DNA of 32,000 nt from Candidatus Saccharimonadota bacterium (GTDB taxonomy: Bacteria > Bacteroidota > Bacteroidia > Flavobacteriales > Blattabacteriaceae). Below the pieces are notes generated by a model. It saw nothing but the letters and a program-made list of their open reading frames with translations, searched no databases and was not told the DNA's origin. Shown here piece by piece: positions 1-9,882 of this stretch; the stretch's first letter is position 1, and the number at the start of each line of letters is the position of its first letter. The DNA is taken from contig NZ_CP104094.1 of NCBI RefSeq assembly GCF_033372575.1, positions 1 through 32,000 of the forward strand, in the 5' to 3' direction. The translations under genes and the position numbers were made by a program.

Positions 1-4
1 ATTA

Positions 5-3000
5 TTATTTTAATTTTATATTTAAACATAAACCTTTTAATTCTTTTATTAATACATTAAATGATTCTGGAATTCCTGGTTTAGGAATTATTTTACCTTT
101 TACAATAGCTTCATAAGTTTTTTTTCTTCCAATTATATCATCTGATTTAATTGTTAATAATTCTCTTAATATATTAGAAGCGCCATATGCTTCTAAAGCC
201 CATACTTCCATTTCACCAAATCTTTGTCCTCCATATTGCGATTTACCTCCTAATGGTTGTTGAGTAATTAAAGAATATGGTCCAATAGATCTAGAATGTA
301 TTTTATCATCAACCATATGACCTAATTTTAACATATATATTACTCCTATAGTTACTTTTTTATTAAATTTTTCACCAGTTAAACCATCATATAAATCAGT
401 TTGACAATATTTTTTAAGTTTAATAGAGTTATTATATTTATTATAATAATAATTAATATTATCAATTGAATTACCACTAAATACAGGGGAATAAAAACTA
501 ATTTTATTTTTATATCCTATATAACCTAAGATGGATTCTAAAATTTGACCAATATTCATTCTAGAAGGTACACTAAGAGGATTTAAAATAATATCTATTA
601 TTGAACCATCTTTAAGATAAGGCATATCTTCTTCATTTAATATTTTTGCGATTACACCTTTATTTCCATGTCTACCAGACATTTTATCACCTACTTTTAA
701 TTTTCTTTTTATAGCTATACGAACTTTAGCAATTTTAATTATATCATTAGATAATTCATCAAAAATTTGATTTTTATTTTTATTAATTTTAAACTTATTA
801 ATTAAATATTTAATTTTGAAATTATAATTATTTATTAATGAATAAATATTATTTAATTTAATTTTATTTAAATCAAATAAAAATATAAAATATTTATTAT
901 ATTTTAACAATAATTTATGTATTTGATTAATATATTGTTTTTTATTTAAATTATTAAAATTAATTTTAATATAATTTAAAATATTTTTTTTTAATTTACA
1001 ATTTTTTATAATATTATAAATTTTTTTTAAAAAAGATTTATATAATTTATTTTTTTGTTTACTAAATATTAATTTATTTATTTTATTTATTTTATTTATT
1101 TTATTTTTTTTATTATTTTTTTTATTTAAAATCTCTGTTTTTATAACTACTCCATATAATGATGAATGTGCTCTTAAAGATTTATCAATTACTTTTTCAG
1201 CTTTATTTCCAAATATTAATTTTAATAATTTCTCTTCTGGACTTATAATTGATTTTTCTTTAGGTACTATTTTACCAATTAATATATCCCCAGGTTTTAC
1301 ATAAGTTCCTATTTTAATTAAACCATTTTTATTTAAATTTTTAGTTTCATTTTTATTTAAATTAGGAATATCATTAGTAAATTCTTCTTTACCTAATTTA
1401 TTATTTTTTAATTCTAAGGTAAATTCTTCTATATGTATAGAAGTAAATGTATCATTTTTAATAATTTTTTTAGATATTATTATAGCATCTTCAAAATTAT
1501 AACCTTTCCAAGTCATAAAAGCAACTAATAAATTTTTTCCTAAAGCTAATTCACCATTCTTATTGCAAAAACCTTCACATAATATTTGATTTTTTTTTAT
1601 ATTTTGTCCTTTTTTTACAATAGGTTTTAAATTAATACAAGTATTCTGATTAGTTTTTTTAAATTTTTTTAATTTATGTATATAATATTTTTTGTTAAAA
1701 TTTAATTTATTATTAGTATATTTATATTTGATTATAATTTTACTAGAATCAACATATTTTACTATTCCATTATATTTAGCATTTATATAATTTCTAGAAT
1801 AATATATTACTTTTTTTTCTATTCCTGTACCTACTATAGGTGGTTCTAATTTTAATAAAGGAATTGCTTGTCTCATCATATTAGAACCCATTAATGCTCT
1901 ATTTGCATCATCATGTTCTATAAATGGTATTAAAGCTGCTGATATTGATAACATTTGATTATAATAATAATCTTTATAATTTAAATATTTTATTTTATAA
2001 AAATTACATTCATTATTTTTTCTTCCTATTATTATGTTATTTTTATTATTTATGTTATATGGTGCTATAATTTTATTATATTCTTCGTAGGAAGTTAAAT
2101 AAATTTTTTTTTTACCTCTTTTACAATTATTTAATTTATAATAAGGAGAAATTAAAAATCCCATTTTATTTATTTTAGTAAATAAACATAATGAATAAAT
2201 TAATCCTATATTTGGTCCTTCTGGTGTTTCAATAGGACATAATCTTCCATAATGTGAATAATTTACATCTCTTACTTCAAAACTAGCTCTATCTTTTATT
2301 AATCCTCCAGGACCTAATAAAGTTAATCTTCTTTTATGTGTAATTTCAGATAACGGATTTGATTGTTCTAAATATTGAGAAAATTGACTAGTGCAAAAAA
2401 AATTATTTATTAAAGAAGATAAAATTTTAGAATGAATTAAATTATTAGGAGTTAATTTTTTAATTAAATTCTTATCTTTATAATGATAATTGAATTTATC
2501 TTTTATAATATTAGCTAATCTAGTTAAACCAATATAAAATAAATTATATAATTGATCACCAATATGTTTTATTTTTCTATTAGATAAACTATCATTATCA
2601 TCAATATAATTTTTATAAATAAAAGAATTAATTAAAAATTTAATTATATATTTAATATCTTTCTTGTTAACTATTTTTAAATTATTTTTAATATTAAAAA
2701 ATTTATTAATTTTATATCTTCCTATATTACCTAAATTATATTTTTTTTTTGAAAAAAATTTAGTATAAATAAAATTTTTAGCTATTTTATAATTAGGTGG
2801 TAAATTATTATTTAATATAGAATATAGATATTTAACATTATCTTTTTTATTATTATATAAATCTTTATTAATAGTATTATAATAAATATTAAATAATATA
2901 TTATTTTTTATTACATATATTTTATTAATATTATTATTTAATAGTAATTTAATATTATTATTGTTAATTATATCATATTTTTTAATTAATAATTTATTAT

Positions 3001-3664
3001 TAATAATAATGTCAAATGCATTTTTAGCATTAATTGAATATTTAACTTTAATTTTTTTAATAACGTTAAATATTTTCATTATTTTTTTTTCACTTTTATA
3101 CCCAATGGCTTTTAAAAATGTAGTTAAAGGTATTTTATTTTTTTTATCTATTATTAGATATAAAATATTATTTTTATTTAAATTGAATTCTAACCATGAA
3201 CCTTTTTTAGGTATAATTTTTGCACTATTATTACCAATAAATAAACCAGGTGATCTATGAATTTGAAATACTATTACTCTTTCATTTCCATTTATTATAA
3301 ATGAACCTTTTGAAGTAATTAATGGACATGTACCTAAATATACTTTTTCTATAATTGATTTATTATTATTAGTTAATTTAAGTTTTAAATAAATAGATAT
3401 ATTATATGTTAATTTATATTTTATACACTCATTTATTGAATATTTTGGTTGTTCTATATAATAATTTAAGAACTTTAAATATATATTATTTTTTTTATTA
3501 TAAATAGGAAATATATTTTTTAATACTTTATATAAATAATTTTTTTTATTATTAATATTGTTAGAGTAAAAATTAATAAATTTTTTAAAAGATTGTAATT
3601 GTGGTAATAAAAAATCTGGATAATTAACTTTTTTGTTAGTTAAATAAATTTTTTTTTTATACAT
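5..3664 (-). CDS. rpoB: DNA-directed RNA polymerase subunit beta
   Basis: 1219-aa ORF with conserved RpoB blocks (GDKMSGRHGNKGV; LGHMVDDKIHSRSIGPYSLITQQPLGGKSQYGGQRFGEMEVWALEAYGA). It follows rplJ, as in the canonical rif cluster. Confidence 0.97.
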   Translation of the reverse strand: MYKKKIYLTNKKVNYPDFLLPQLQSFKKFINFYSNNINNKKNYLYKVLKNIFPIYNKKNNIYLKFLNYYIEQPKYSINECIKYKLTYNISIYLKLKLTNNNKSIIEKVYLGTCPLITSKGSFIINGNERVIVFQIHRSPGLFIGNNSAKIIPKKGSWLEFNLNKNNILYLIIDKKNKIPLTTFLKAIGYKSEKKIMKIFNVIKKIKVKYSINAKNAFDIIINNKLLIKKYDIINNNNIKLLLNNNINKIYVIKNNILFNIYYNTINKDLYNNKKDNVKYLYSILNNNLPPNYKIAKNFIYTKFFSKKKYNLGNIGRYKINKFFNIKNNLKIVNKKDIKYIIKFLINSFIYKNYIDDNDSLSNRKIKHIGDQLYNLFYIGLTRLANIIKDKFNYHYKDKNLIKKLTPNNLIHSKILSSLINNFFCTSQFSQYLEQSNPLSEITHKRRLTLLGPGGLIKDRASFEVRDVNYSHYGRLCPIETPEGPNIGLIYSLCLFTKINKMGFLISPYYKLNNCKRGKKKIYLTSYEEYNKIIAPYNINNKNNIIIGRKNNECNFYKIKYLNYKDYYYNQMLSISAALIPFIEHDDANRALMGSNMMRQAIPLLKLEPPIVGTGIEKKVIYYSRNYINAKYNGIVKYVDSSKIIIKYKYTNNKLNFNKKYYIHKLKKFKKTNQNTCINLKPIVKKGQNIKKNQILCEGFCNKNGELALGKNLLVAFMTWKGYNFEDAIIISKKIIKNDTFTSIHIEEFTLELKNNKLGKEEFTNDIPNLNKNETKNLNKNGLIKIGTYVKPGDILIGKIVPKEKSIISPEEKLLKLIFGNKAEKVIDKSLRAHSSLYGVVIKTEILNKKNNKKNKINKINKINKLIFSKQKNKLYKSFLKKIYNIIKNCKLKKNILNYIKINFNNLNKKQYINQIHKLLLKYNKYFIFLFDLNKIKLNNIYSLINNYNFKIKYLINKFKINKNKNQIFDELSNDIIKIAKVRIAIKRKLKVGDKMSGRHGNKGVIAKILNEEDMPYLKDGSIIDIILNPLSVPSRMNIGQILESILGYIGYKNKISFYSPVFSGNSIDNINYYYNKYNNSIKLKKYCQTDLYDGLTGEKFNKKVTIGVIYMLKLGHMVDDKIHSRSIGPYSLITQQPLGGKSQYGGQRFGEMEVWALEAYGASNILRELLTIKSDDIIGRKKTYEAIVKGKIIPKPGIPESFNVLIKELKGLCLNIKLK

Positions 3665-3686
3665 TATTATTATTAATTTAATTTAC

Positions 3687-3705
3687 TAATAGCTTAAAGC
3701 TATTA
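3687..3705 (-). promoter_or_regulatory. Candidate intercistronic hairpin (7-bp stem TAATAGC/GCTATTA, loop TTAAA) in the rplJ-rpoB spacer
   Basis: Perfect inverted repeat that holds most of the few G/C bases in the 75-nt spacer. An attenuator/processing site is known upstream of rpoB in E. coli. No U-tract follows it here. Confidence 0.25.
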
Positions 3706-3739
3706 TTATAATTTTAATATATTTCATATTATTAATAAA

Positions 3740-4288
3740 TTAATTAATATTTAATTTATTAAATAATATTTTATTAATATTTAAAATATTAATTTTATTA
3801 TATTGAATAATAAACTTAATAAAATTTTTAATTTTATTAATTAATATAAAAATAATATAATTAATTAATTCATTTTTAGATTTTAAATTACATAATATAT
3901 CTACATATTTATCGCCATAATAAAATATATCATATTCATCTATATAGGCAACTTTTAAAATAGGATAATTATTATTTAATTTTTTATTATTTTTTATTAC
4001 ATTAGCAATATTTTTAGCATTATTTGAAAACATTATTGAATTATTATTAATTAATAGAGAAGATAATTTATTAAATATATATTTTTTTTTATTAATAATT
4101 AAATATTTTTTAAATAAAGTATTTTTTAGTTTTAATAATTTAATATTAAATTTGTAACAATCTTTTTTTAAAATAAATAATTTATTAGAATTAAAATTGG
4201 ATATATCAATAATATAAAAATTTTTATATTTATTAAATAATATATTTAAATAATTTAATATTTTTTTTTTAAATTTTTTATTAATCAT
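3740..4288 (-). CDS. rplJ: 50S ribosomal protein L10
   Basis: 182-aa ORF between rplA and rpoB. The N-terminal pattern (FYIIDISNFNSNKL..LKKDCYKFNIKLLKLKNTL) matches the Bacteroidota L10 consensus from memory. Confidence 0.85.
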   Translation of the reverse strand: MINKKFKKKILNYLNILFNKYKNFYIIDISNFNSNKLFILKKDCYKFNIKLLKLKNTLFKKYLIINKKKYIFNKLSSLLINNNSIMFSNNAKNIANVIKNNKKLNNNYPILKVAYIDEYDIFYYGDKYVDILCNLKSKNELINYIIFILINKIKNFIKFIIQYNKINILNINKILFNKLNIN

Positions 4289-4316
4289 ATAGTTATTTAA
4301 TAATTTAAGTAATATA

Positions 4317-4973
4317 TTAATTATTTAATTTAAAACTTGTTCCCATAGTGCTAGATAAATATATGTTTTTAATATTAAACAAATATTTCTTTTTTATTAT
4401 TTCAATTTTATTTAAAATAAATTTTAAATTTTTAATTAATATTTTATTTTCAAAGGAAGTTTTTCCTATAGTAATATTAATTATTTTGTTATTATTATTT
4501 TTAATTTCTATATATTTGCTTGAAATAATATTTTTAATTTCTTTATATGGGTCGTTTGTAATATAATTATTAGAAGGTATTAAACCTTTACTACCTAATA
4601 TTTTACCTAACTTTAATATTTTATTAATATAATGTTTTGTAGTTACAATTACATTAAATTTAGTCCACTTTTTATTTTTTATTTTATTTATATATTTATT
4701 ACCTCCTATATAAATATGTTTATAATTTAATTTTTTAATTTGTTTTCTTTTATTTTTAGGAATAATAGCTAAAATAATATATTTTTTTCCATTTCCATAA
4801 GGTAATAATAAGTTTTCTTTAATTAGATTAATATTATTAGTTTTATTTTTTTTTTTATTAAATATTAAATTTATATAAATATCAATTGAAGAATCAAATT
4901 TAGTTTTATTATCTTTTTTTATTTTATTAAATATTTTTTCTAATTTATTATCATTATTAATATTATCACACAT
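4317..4973 (-). CDS. rplA: 50S ribosomal protein L1
   Basis: 218-aa ORF with L1-like blocks (KFDSSIDIYINL, LPYGNGKK, LGKILGSKGLIPS, ITIGKTSF). Position upstream of rplJ fits. Confidence 0.9.
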   Translation of the reverse strand: MCDNINNDNKLEKIFNKIKKDNKTKFDSSIDIYINLIFNKKKNKTNNINLIKENLLLPYGNGKKYIILAIIPKNKRKQIKKLNYKHIYIGGNKYINKIKNKKWTKFNVIVTTKHYINKILKLGKILGSKGLIPSNNYITNDPYKEIKNIISSKYIEIKNNNNKIINITIGKTSFENKILIKNLKFILNKIEIIKKKYLFNIKNIYLSSTMGTSFKLNN

Positions 4974-5039
4974 AATTAATTTATTTATAATAAAATCATA
5001 ATATATGTAATTTAATTATATACAAATAATTCTAATAAG

Positions 5040-5558
5040 TTAATATTTATTAATATTATTAATGTTTAATTTTAAATTAGTTTTTTTACCTAAAAAATTA
5101 ATAGATAATATAACATTATTATTATTAATTTTTTCTATTTTTCCATTAATATTATTAAATATTCCTGAATTTATTATTACATTATCACCTATTTTATAAT
5201 TATTATTATTATTATTATTATTAATATCAATAATTTTTTTTAATTCATTTTTATTAATATTTAAAGGTAAATTTTTATATCTTTCATTTAAAAAGCCAAA
5301 TATACCTTTAATTTTCTTTAAAATTAAAAATATATATTTATTTAAATATATATTAATAAACATATAACTAGGTAAAATTTTTTTTTTATATATTATTTTT
5401 TTTCCATTTTTAATATTTATATACTTTTTTGTAGGTATAAATATATATTTAATATATTTTAATTTATTTATTTTTAATAAATTATATTTTATTCTATTAA
5501 TTATATTAATTTCTTCTCCATTTTTTATTTTTATTATATACCATTTTTTGTTTTTCAT
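5040..5558 (-). CDS. nusG: Transcription termination/antitermination factor NusG
   Basis: 172-aa ORF. N-terminal KWYIIKIKNG (NGN domain) and C-terminal KOW-like YKIGDNVIINSGIFNNINGKIEKI. Contains an in-frame (AAT)8 poly-Asn microsatellite at 5199-5222. Confidence 0.85.
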   Translation of the reverse strand: MKNKKWYIIKIKNGEEINIINRIKYNLLKINKLKYIKYIFIPTKKYINIKNGKKIIYKKKILPSYMFINIYLNKYIFLILKKIKGIFGFLNERYKNLPLNINKNELKKIIDINNNNNNNNYKIGDNVIINSGIFNNINGKIEKINNNNVILSINFLGKKTNLKLNINNINKY

Positions 5559-5580
5559 ATATTTTATTTATTATTATATT

Positions 5581-5653
5581 CACGGATGGTAAGATTCGAA
5601 CTTACATCATTCGGTTTTGGAGACCGAAGCTCTACCAATTAAGCTACATCCGT
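5581..5653 (-). tRNA. trnW: tRNA-Trp (anticodon CCA)
   Basis: Folded by hand: acceptor ACGGATG/CATCCGT, anticodon stem TCGGT/ACCGA, loop CTCCAAA, T-arm GTAAG-TTCGAAT-CTTAC. No encoded 3' CCA. Canonical slot between tuf and nusG. Confidence 0.9.
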
Positions 5654-5690
5654 TATTTATAATTATTTTATATTAATATATATAATAAAT

Positions 5691-5730
5691 AATTATAATT
5701 ATTATAATAATTATAATAATTATAATAATT
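5691..5730. repeat. 9-bp tandem repeat (AATTATAAT x ~4.5) spanning the tuf stop codon
   Basis: Units at 5691, 5700 (1 mismatch), 5709 and 5718, plus a partial unit at 5727. The tuf stop (5720-5722) and last two Leu codons lie inside it. Confidence 0.8.
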
Positions 5731-6895
5731 CAGTTATTTTTCCTGCACCTACTGTTTTACCACCTTCTCTAATAGCAAAATTTAATCCTTTATTAATAGC
5801 AATATATTTTTCTAATTTAATAGTTGCATTAATATTGTCTCCTGGCATAACCATTTCTATTCCTTTTTCTAAATTAATAGTTCCTGTAATATCAATAGTT
5901 CTTAAATAAAATTGAGGTTTATATTTATTATAAAATGGAGTATGTCTTCCACCTTCTTCTTTTTTAAGAATATAAATATGAGCTTTAAATTTATTATATG
6001 ATTTTATTGAATTTGGTGCACATAAAACCATTCCTCTTTTAATTTGTTTTTTTTCTATACCACGTAATAATAGTCCAACATTATCTCCAGCTTCACCTTT
6101 ATCTAATATTTTTTTAAACATTTCTATTCCTGTTACTGTAGTATCAATTTTTTTATTCATTCCTATACATTGTATTTGATCACCTATTTTTATAGTACCA
6201 GTTTCAATTTTTCCTGTACAAACAGTACCTCTTCCAGTAATTGTGAATATATCTTCTATTGACATTAAAAAAGGTTTATTTATATCTCTAATAGGATTAG
6301 GAATATGTTTATCAATTGTATTCATTAATTTATATATAATATCTATATATTTTTTGTCACCGTTTAGTGCTTTTAATGCAGAACCTTCTATAATTGGTAC
6401 ATTATTATAATTGTAATAACTTAATAATTCTTTACTTTCAATTTTTACTAATTCTAATAATTCTTTATCTTTTATTAAATCTATTTTGTTTATAAATACT
6501 ATTAAATTTGGTACACCTACTTGTTTAGCTAATAATATATGTTCTCTAGTTTGTGGCATAGGTCCATCAGTTGCAGCTATTACTAATATAGCTCCATCCA
6601 TTTGAGCAGCCCCAGTAATCATATTTTTTATATAATCTGAATGTCCAGGACAATCAATATGAGCATAATGATAATTTTCTGTTTCATATTCTATATGTGA
6701 AGTATTAATAGTGATACCTCTTTCTTTTTCTTCTGGTGCATTATCTATAGATGAGAATTTTTTTTCTACGGCTAAACCTTTTATAGATAATGCTTTTGTA
6801 ATCGCTGCAGTTAATGTTGTTTTACCATGATCAACATGGCCAATTGTACCTATATTTATATGAGGTTTATTTCTAATAAATTTTTTTTTTGACAT
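5720..6895 (-). CDS. tuf: Elongation factor Tu
   Basis: 391-aa ORF with [15 protein letters not shown] and NKID G-motifs. Near full-length identity pattern to EF-Tu. Confidence 0.99.
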   Translation of the reverse strand: MSKKKFIRNKPHINIGTIGHVDHGKTTLTAAITKALSIKGLAVEKKFSSIDNAPEEKERGITINTSHIEYETENYHYAHIDCPGHSDYIKNMITGAAQMDGAILVIAATDGPMPQTREHILLAKQVGVPNLIVFINKIDLIKDKELLELVKIESKELLSYYNYNNVPIIEGSALKALNGDKKYIDIIYKLMNTIDKHIPNPIRDINKPFLMSIEDIFTITGRGTVCTGKIETGTIKIGDQIQCIGMNKKIDTTVTGIEMFKKILDKGEAGDNVGLLLRGIEKKQIKRGMVLCAPNSIKSYNKFKAHIYILKKEEGGRHTPFYNKYKPQFYLRTIDITGTINLEKGIEMVMPGDNINATIKLEKYIAINKGLNFAIREGGKTVGAGKITELL

Positions 6896-6933
6896 TTAAT
6901 TAATTTTTATTTTATTAATTATAATATAAGATA

Positions 6934-7006
6934 AGCGGAAAACGGGTCTCGAACCCGTAATCTTCAGCTTGGAAGGCTGATGCTCTACCAATTGAGCTAT
7001 TTCCGC
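6934..7006 (-). tRNA. trnG: tRNA-Gly (anticodon UCC)
   Basis: Cloverleaf by hand: GCGGAAA acceptor, anticodon arm TCAGC-CTTCCAA-GCTGA, T-arm ACGGG-TTCGAGA-CCCGT. A GC-rich island in AT-rich DNA. Confidence 0.9.
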
Positions 7007-7013
7007 AATTTTA

Positions 7014-7097
7014 TGGGGAGAGTAGGATTTGAACCTACGAAGATAATAAATCAACAGATTTACAGTCTGTCCTCGTTAACCACTTGAGTATCTCCCC
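7014..7097 (-). tRNA. trnY: tRNA-Tyr (anticodon GUA), long variable arm
   Basis: Acceptor GGGGAGA/TCTCCCC, anticodon arm ACAGA-CTGTAAA-TCTGT, about 15-nt variable arm, T-arm GTAGG-TTCAAAT-CCTAC. Confidence 0.9.
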
Positions 7098-7117
7098 ATC
7101 ATAATAAAATATTATTA

Positions 7118-7190
7118 AGCCGATGGTAGGATTTGAACCTACAACTACGAGATTACAAATCACGGGCTCTACCAATTGAGCTACATCGGC
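7118..7190 (-). tRNA. trnT: tRNA-Thr (anticodon UGU)
   Basis: Acceptor GCCGATG/CATCGGC, anticodon loop TTTGTAA, T-arm GTAGG-TTCAAAT-CCTAC. The anticodon stem has one U:U mismatch (29:41). Confidence 0.88.
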
Positions 7191-7263
7191 AATAAAAAAT
7201 TATATTTTAATATAAATATAATAATATTAATAATAAAAATAAAAAATTAAATATGGTAATTAA

Positions 7264-9882
7264 ATGAAATATAATTTTAAAAATATAGAGGAAAAATGGA
7301 TTAAAAAACATAAAAAAATTAATTTTTTAAAATTTAATAAAAAAAATAAAAAAAAATTTTATATTCTTAATATGTTTCCTTATCCATCTGGATATGGTTT
7401 ACATGTAGGACATACAATAGGATATATATATTCAGATATAATAGCTAAATATAAATTAAGAAAAAACTATAATATATTAAATCCTATAGGTTTTGATTCT
7501 TTTGGTTTACCAGCTGAACATTATGCAATTAATAATAATGAACATCCGATAAAAATAATAAAAAAATCAATTAAAAATTTTAAAAAACAAATAAAAAGAT
7601 TAGGAGTATTTTTTAATTGGGATAGAGAAATAACTACTCATAGTAGTAAATATTATAAATGGACACAGTGGATATTTATAAAATTATTTAATTCATGGTA
7701 TGATAAAAATAAAGCAAAAAATATAAATCTCTTAATTAAAAAAATAAAAAATAAAAATTTTTATTTAAATAAAAAATTAATTAAATGGAATTTATTAGAT
7801 GAAAATAATAAAAATAAAATTTTAAATAAATTTAGATTAATTTATTTAAAAAAAACTTATGTTAATTGGTGTCCTAAATTATCTACTGTATTATCTAATG
7901 AAGAAATTAATAACGGAAAAAGTATAAGAGGAGGTTATGAAATAATAAAAAAAAAAATGTTACAATGGCATATTAGAATTACTAAATATTGTAATAGATT
8001 ATTAAAAGATTTTAAATATATTAGATGGCCTAAAAAAATAAAAAATTCTCAAAAACAATGGATAGGAAAAAAAAAGGTTAATAAATTTTATTTAAAAAAT
8101 AATAAAGTAAAATTAAAATTATATTGTTATAAGAAAAAAGATATAAATAGAATAAAAAATATAATTTTTGTAGCCCCTTCAACTAATACAGATATATTAA
8201 TAAATAATTATATAAAAGAAAAAAATAAAATAAATAATATAATTAAAAGTATTTATTATAATAAAAATAAAAAAATATTAATTAATACTAAAATATATAA
8301 TAGTAATAATGAAAAAATTAACTTATATATAAGTAATTATTTTATTAATAAAAGTTTAAATAATGTATATACTACCACTAATAATAATGATAAATTTTTT
8401 AAATTAAAAAATAATAAAATATTAAATTTAGAAAAAGATTTTAATATAAAAAATATTAAAATTAACAATAAAAATATTAAAAAAATAATAATATTTAATT
8501 TAAAAGATATTGTATTTTCAAGACAAAGATATTGGGGAGAACCAATACCAATATATTATAAACATAATATCCCTTATAATATAGATATTAATAGTTTACC
8601 TTTAAAATTACCTTATATAAAAAATATTAATATTTTAAAATTAAAAAATTATGATAAATGGGCTTGGAATAATAAAACTAATACTATAGTTAGTAAAAAA
8701 TTAATTAATAATAATAATCATATATATAAATTAGATGTTAATACTATGCCTAGTGTAGCAGCATCAAATTGGTATTATATAAGATTTATAGATCCTTATA
8801 ATAATAATGAAATTGTAAATAGTAAATATATAAAATATTGGAAAAATGTAGATTTATATATTGGTGGTTCTGAACATACTAATGGCCATTTATTATATTC
8901 TAGATTTTGTTATAAATTTTTGAAAGATATAAAATTATTGAATTCAAAAGAACCATTTAAATACTTTATTAACCAAGGAATAATTTTGTATTATTCCAAT
9001 ATAATATATAAAAAAAAAAATAAAAATATATTTGTTTCATATGATAAAATAAATAATAAAAAATATTATCAAAAAGTATATGTTATAAAAGATTATATAA
9101 ATAATAAAAAATATTTAAATATTAATAAATTTATAAAGTTTAATAAAATATATAAAAAATACAAATTTAAATTAAATAATAATAAAAAATTTATATGTAA
9201 ACTAAAATTAGAAAAAATGTCAAAATCAAAATTAAATATAGTAAATCCAGATGAAATAATTAATAAATATGGAATAGATACTTTAAGATTATATCAAGTA
9301 TTTATGGGACCTTTTAATAAAAAAAAAATATGGAATGTAAATAATATAAAAGGTATATATAGATTTTTAAATAAAATATGGAATTATATAATTAATATTA
9401 AAGATAATTGGTTTAAAAATAAACCGAATTTTGAAGAAAATTATATAATTAATAAATTAATACTTAAAATAAATAATGATTTTAAAAATTATAATTTAAA
9501 TACTTCTATAAGTTATTTAATGATAACATTAAAAAAAATTATTAAAATAAAATGTAAAAATAAAAAAATTATTAAAAAATTTATAATTTTATTATCTTTA
9601 TTTGCACCTTATATATCAGAAGAAATATGGTACTTATTAGGAAATAAAAAAAGTATATTTTTTGAAAAAAATCCTAAAATAAATAATAAATATTTAATTA
9701 AAAAAAAAAATAAATATATAGTTATGATAAATAATAAAAAAAAAATTATTATTTATGTAAATAATAAAAATAATAATAAAAAATATTTAATAAAAAAAAT
9801 AATTAATAATAGTTATTTAAATGTTAAAAATTATAAAAAAATAATTTATATAAAAAATAAAATTATTAATATTTTATTTTAA
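7264..9882 (+). CDS. leuS: Leucine--tRNA ligase
   Basis: 872-aa ORF with a HIGH-type motif (LHVGHTIGY) and KMSKS (LEKMSKSKLN). LeuRS-like N-terminus (YNFKNIEEKW). Confidence 0.95.
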   Translation: MKYNFKNIEEKWIKKHKKINFLKFNKKNKKKFYILNMFPYPSGYGLHVGHTIGYIYSDIIAKYKLRKNYNILNPIGFDSFGLPAEHYAINNNEHPIKIIKKSIKNFKKQIKRLGVFFNWDREITTHSSKYYKWTQWIFIKLFNSWYDKNKAKNINLLIKKIKNKNFYLNKKLIKWNLLDENNKNKILNKFRLIYLKKTYVNWCPKLSTVLSNEEINNGKSIRGGYEIIKKKMLQWHIRITKYCNRLLKDFKYIRWPKKIKNSQKQWIGKKKVNKFYLKNNKVKLKLYCYKKKDINRIKNIIFVAPSTNTDILINNYIKEKNKINNIIKSIYYNKNKKILINTKIYNSNNEKINLYISNYFINKSLNNVYTTTNNNDKFFKLKNNKILNLEKDFNIKNIKINNKNIKKIIIFNLKDIVFSRQRYWGEPIPIYYKHNIPYNIDINSLPLKLPYIKNINILKLKNYDKWAWNNKTNTIVSKKLINNNNHIYKLDVNTMPSVAASNWYYIRFIDPYNNNEIVNSKYIKYWKNVDLYIGGSEHTNGHLLYSRFCYKFLKDIKLLNSKEPFKYFINQGIILYYSNIIYKKKNKNIFVSYDKINNKKYYQKVYVIKDYINNKKYLNINKFIKFNKIYKKYKFKLNNNKKFICKLKLEKMSKSKLNIVNPDEIINKYGIDTLRLYQVFMGPFNKKKIWNVNNIKGIYRFLNKIWNYIINIKDNWFKNKPNFEENYIINKLILKINNDFKNYNLNTSISYLMITLKKIIKIKCKNKKIIKKFIILLSLFAPYISEEIWYLLGNKKSIFFEKNPKINNKYLIKKKNKYIVMINNKKKIIIYVNNKNNNKKYLIKKIINNSYLNVKNYKKIIYIKNKIINILF

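Noticed and set aside
2961-3260. Antisense ORFs inside real genes (2961-3260, 4348-4566, 11898-12098, 13823-14077, 27212-27484, 29589-29789, 29617-30021, 31653-31871)
   Set aside because: All lie opposite well-supported conserved genes and translate to F/L/I/Y-rich low-complexity strings. That is what the complement of K/N/I-rich coding sequence yields. They are shadow ORFs caused by the scarcity of stop codons on the antisense strand.
3665-3739. Short minus-strand ORF (MKYIKIIIIALSY*) in the rplJ-rpoB spacer as a remnant of rplL
   Set aside because: It has no similarity to the L7/L12 N-terminus. It overlaps the palindrome and is most simply a chance ORF.
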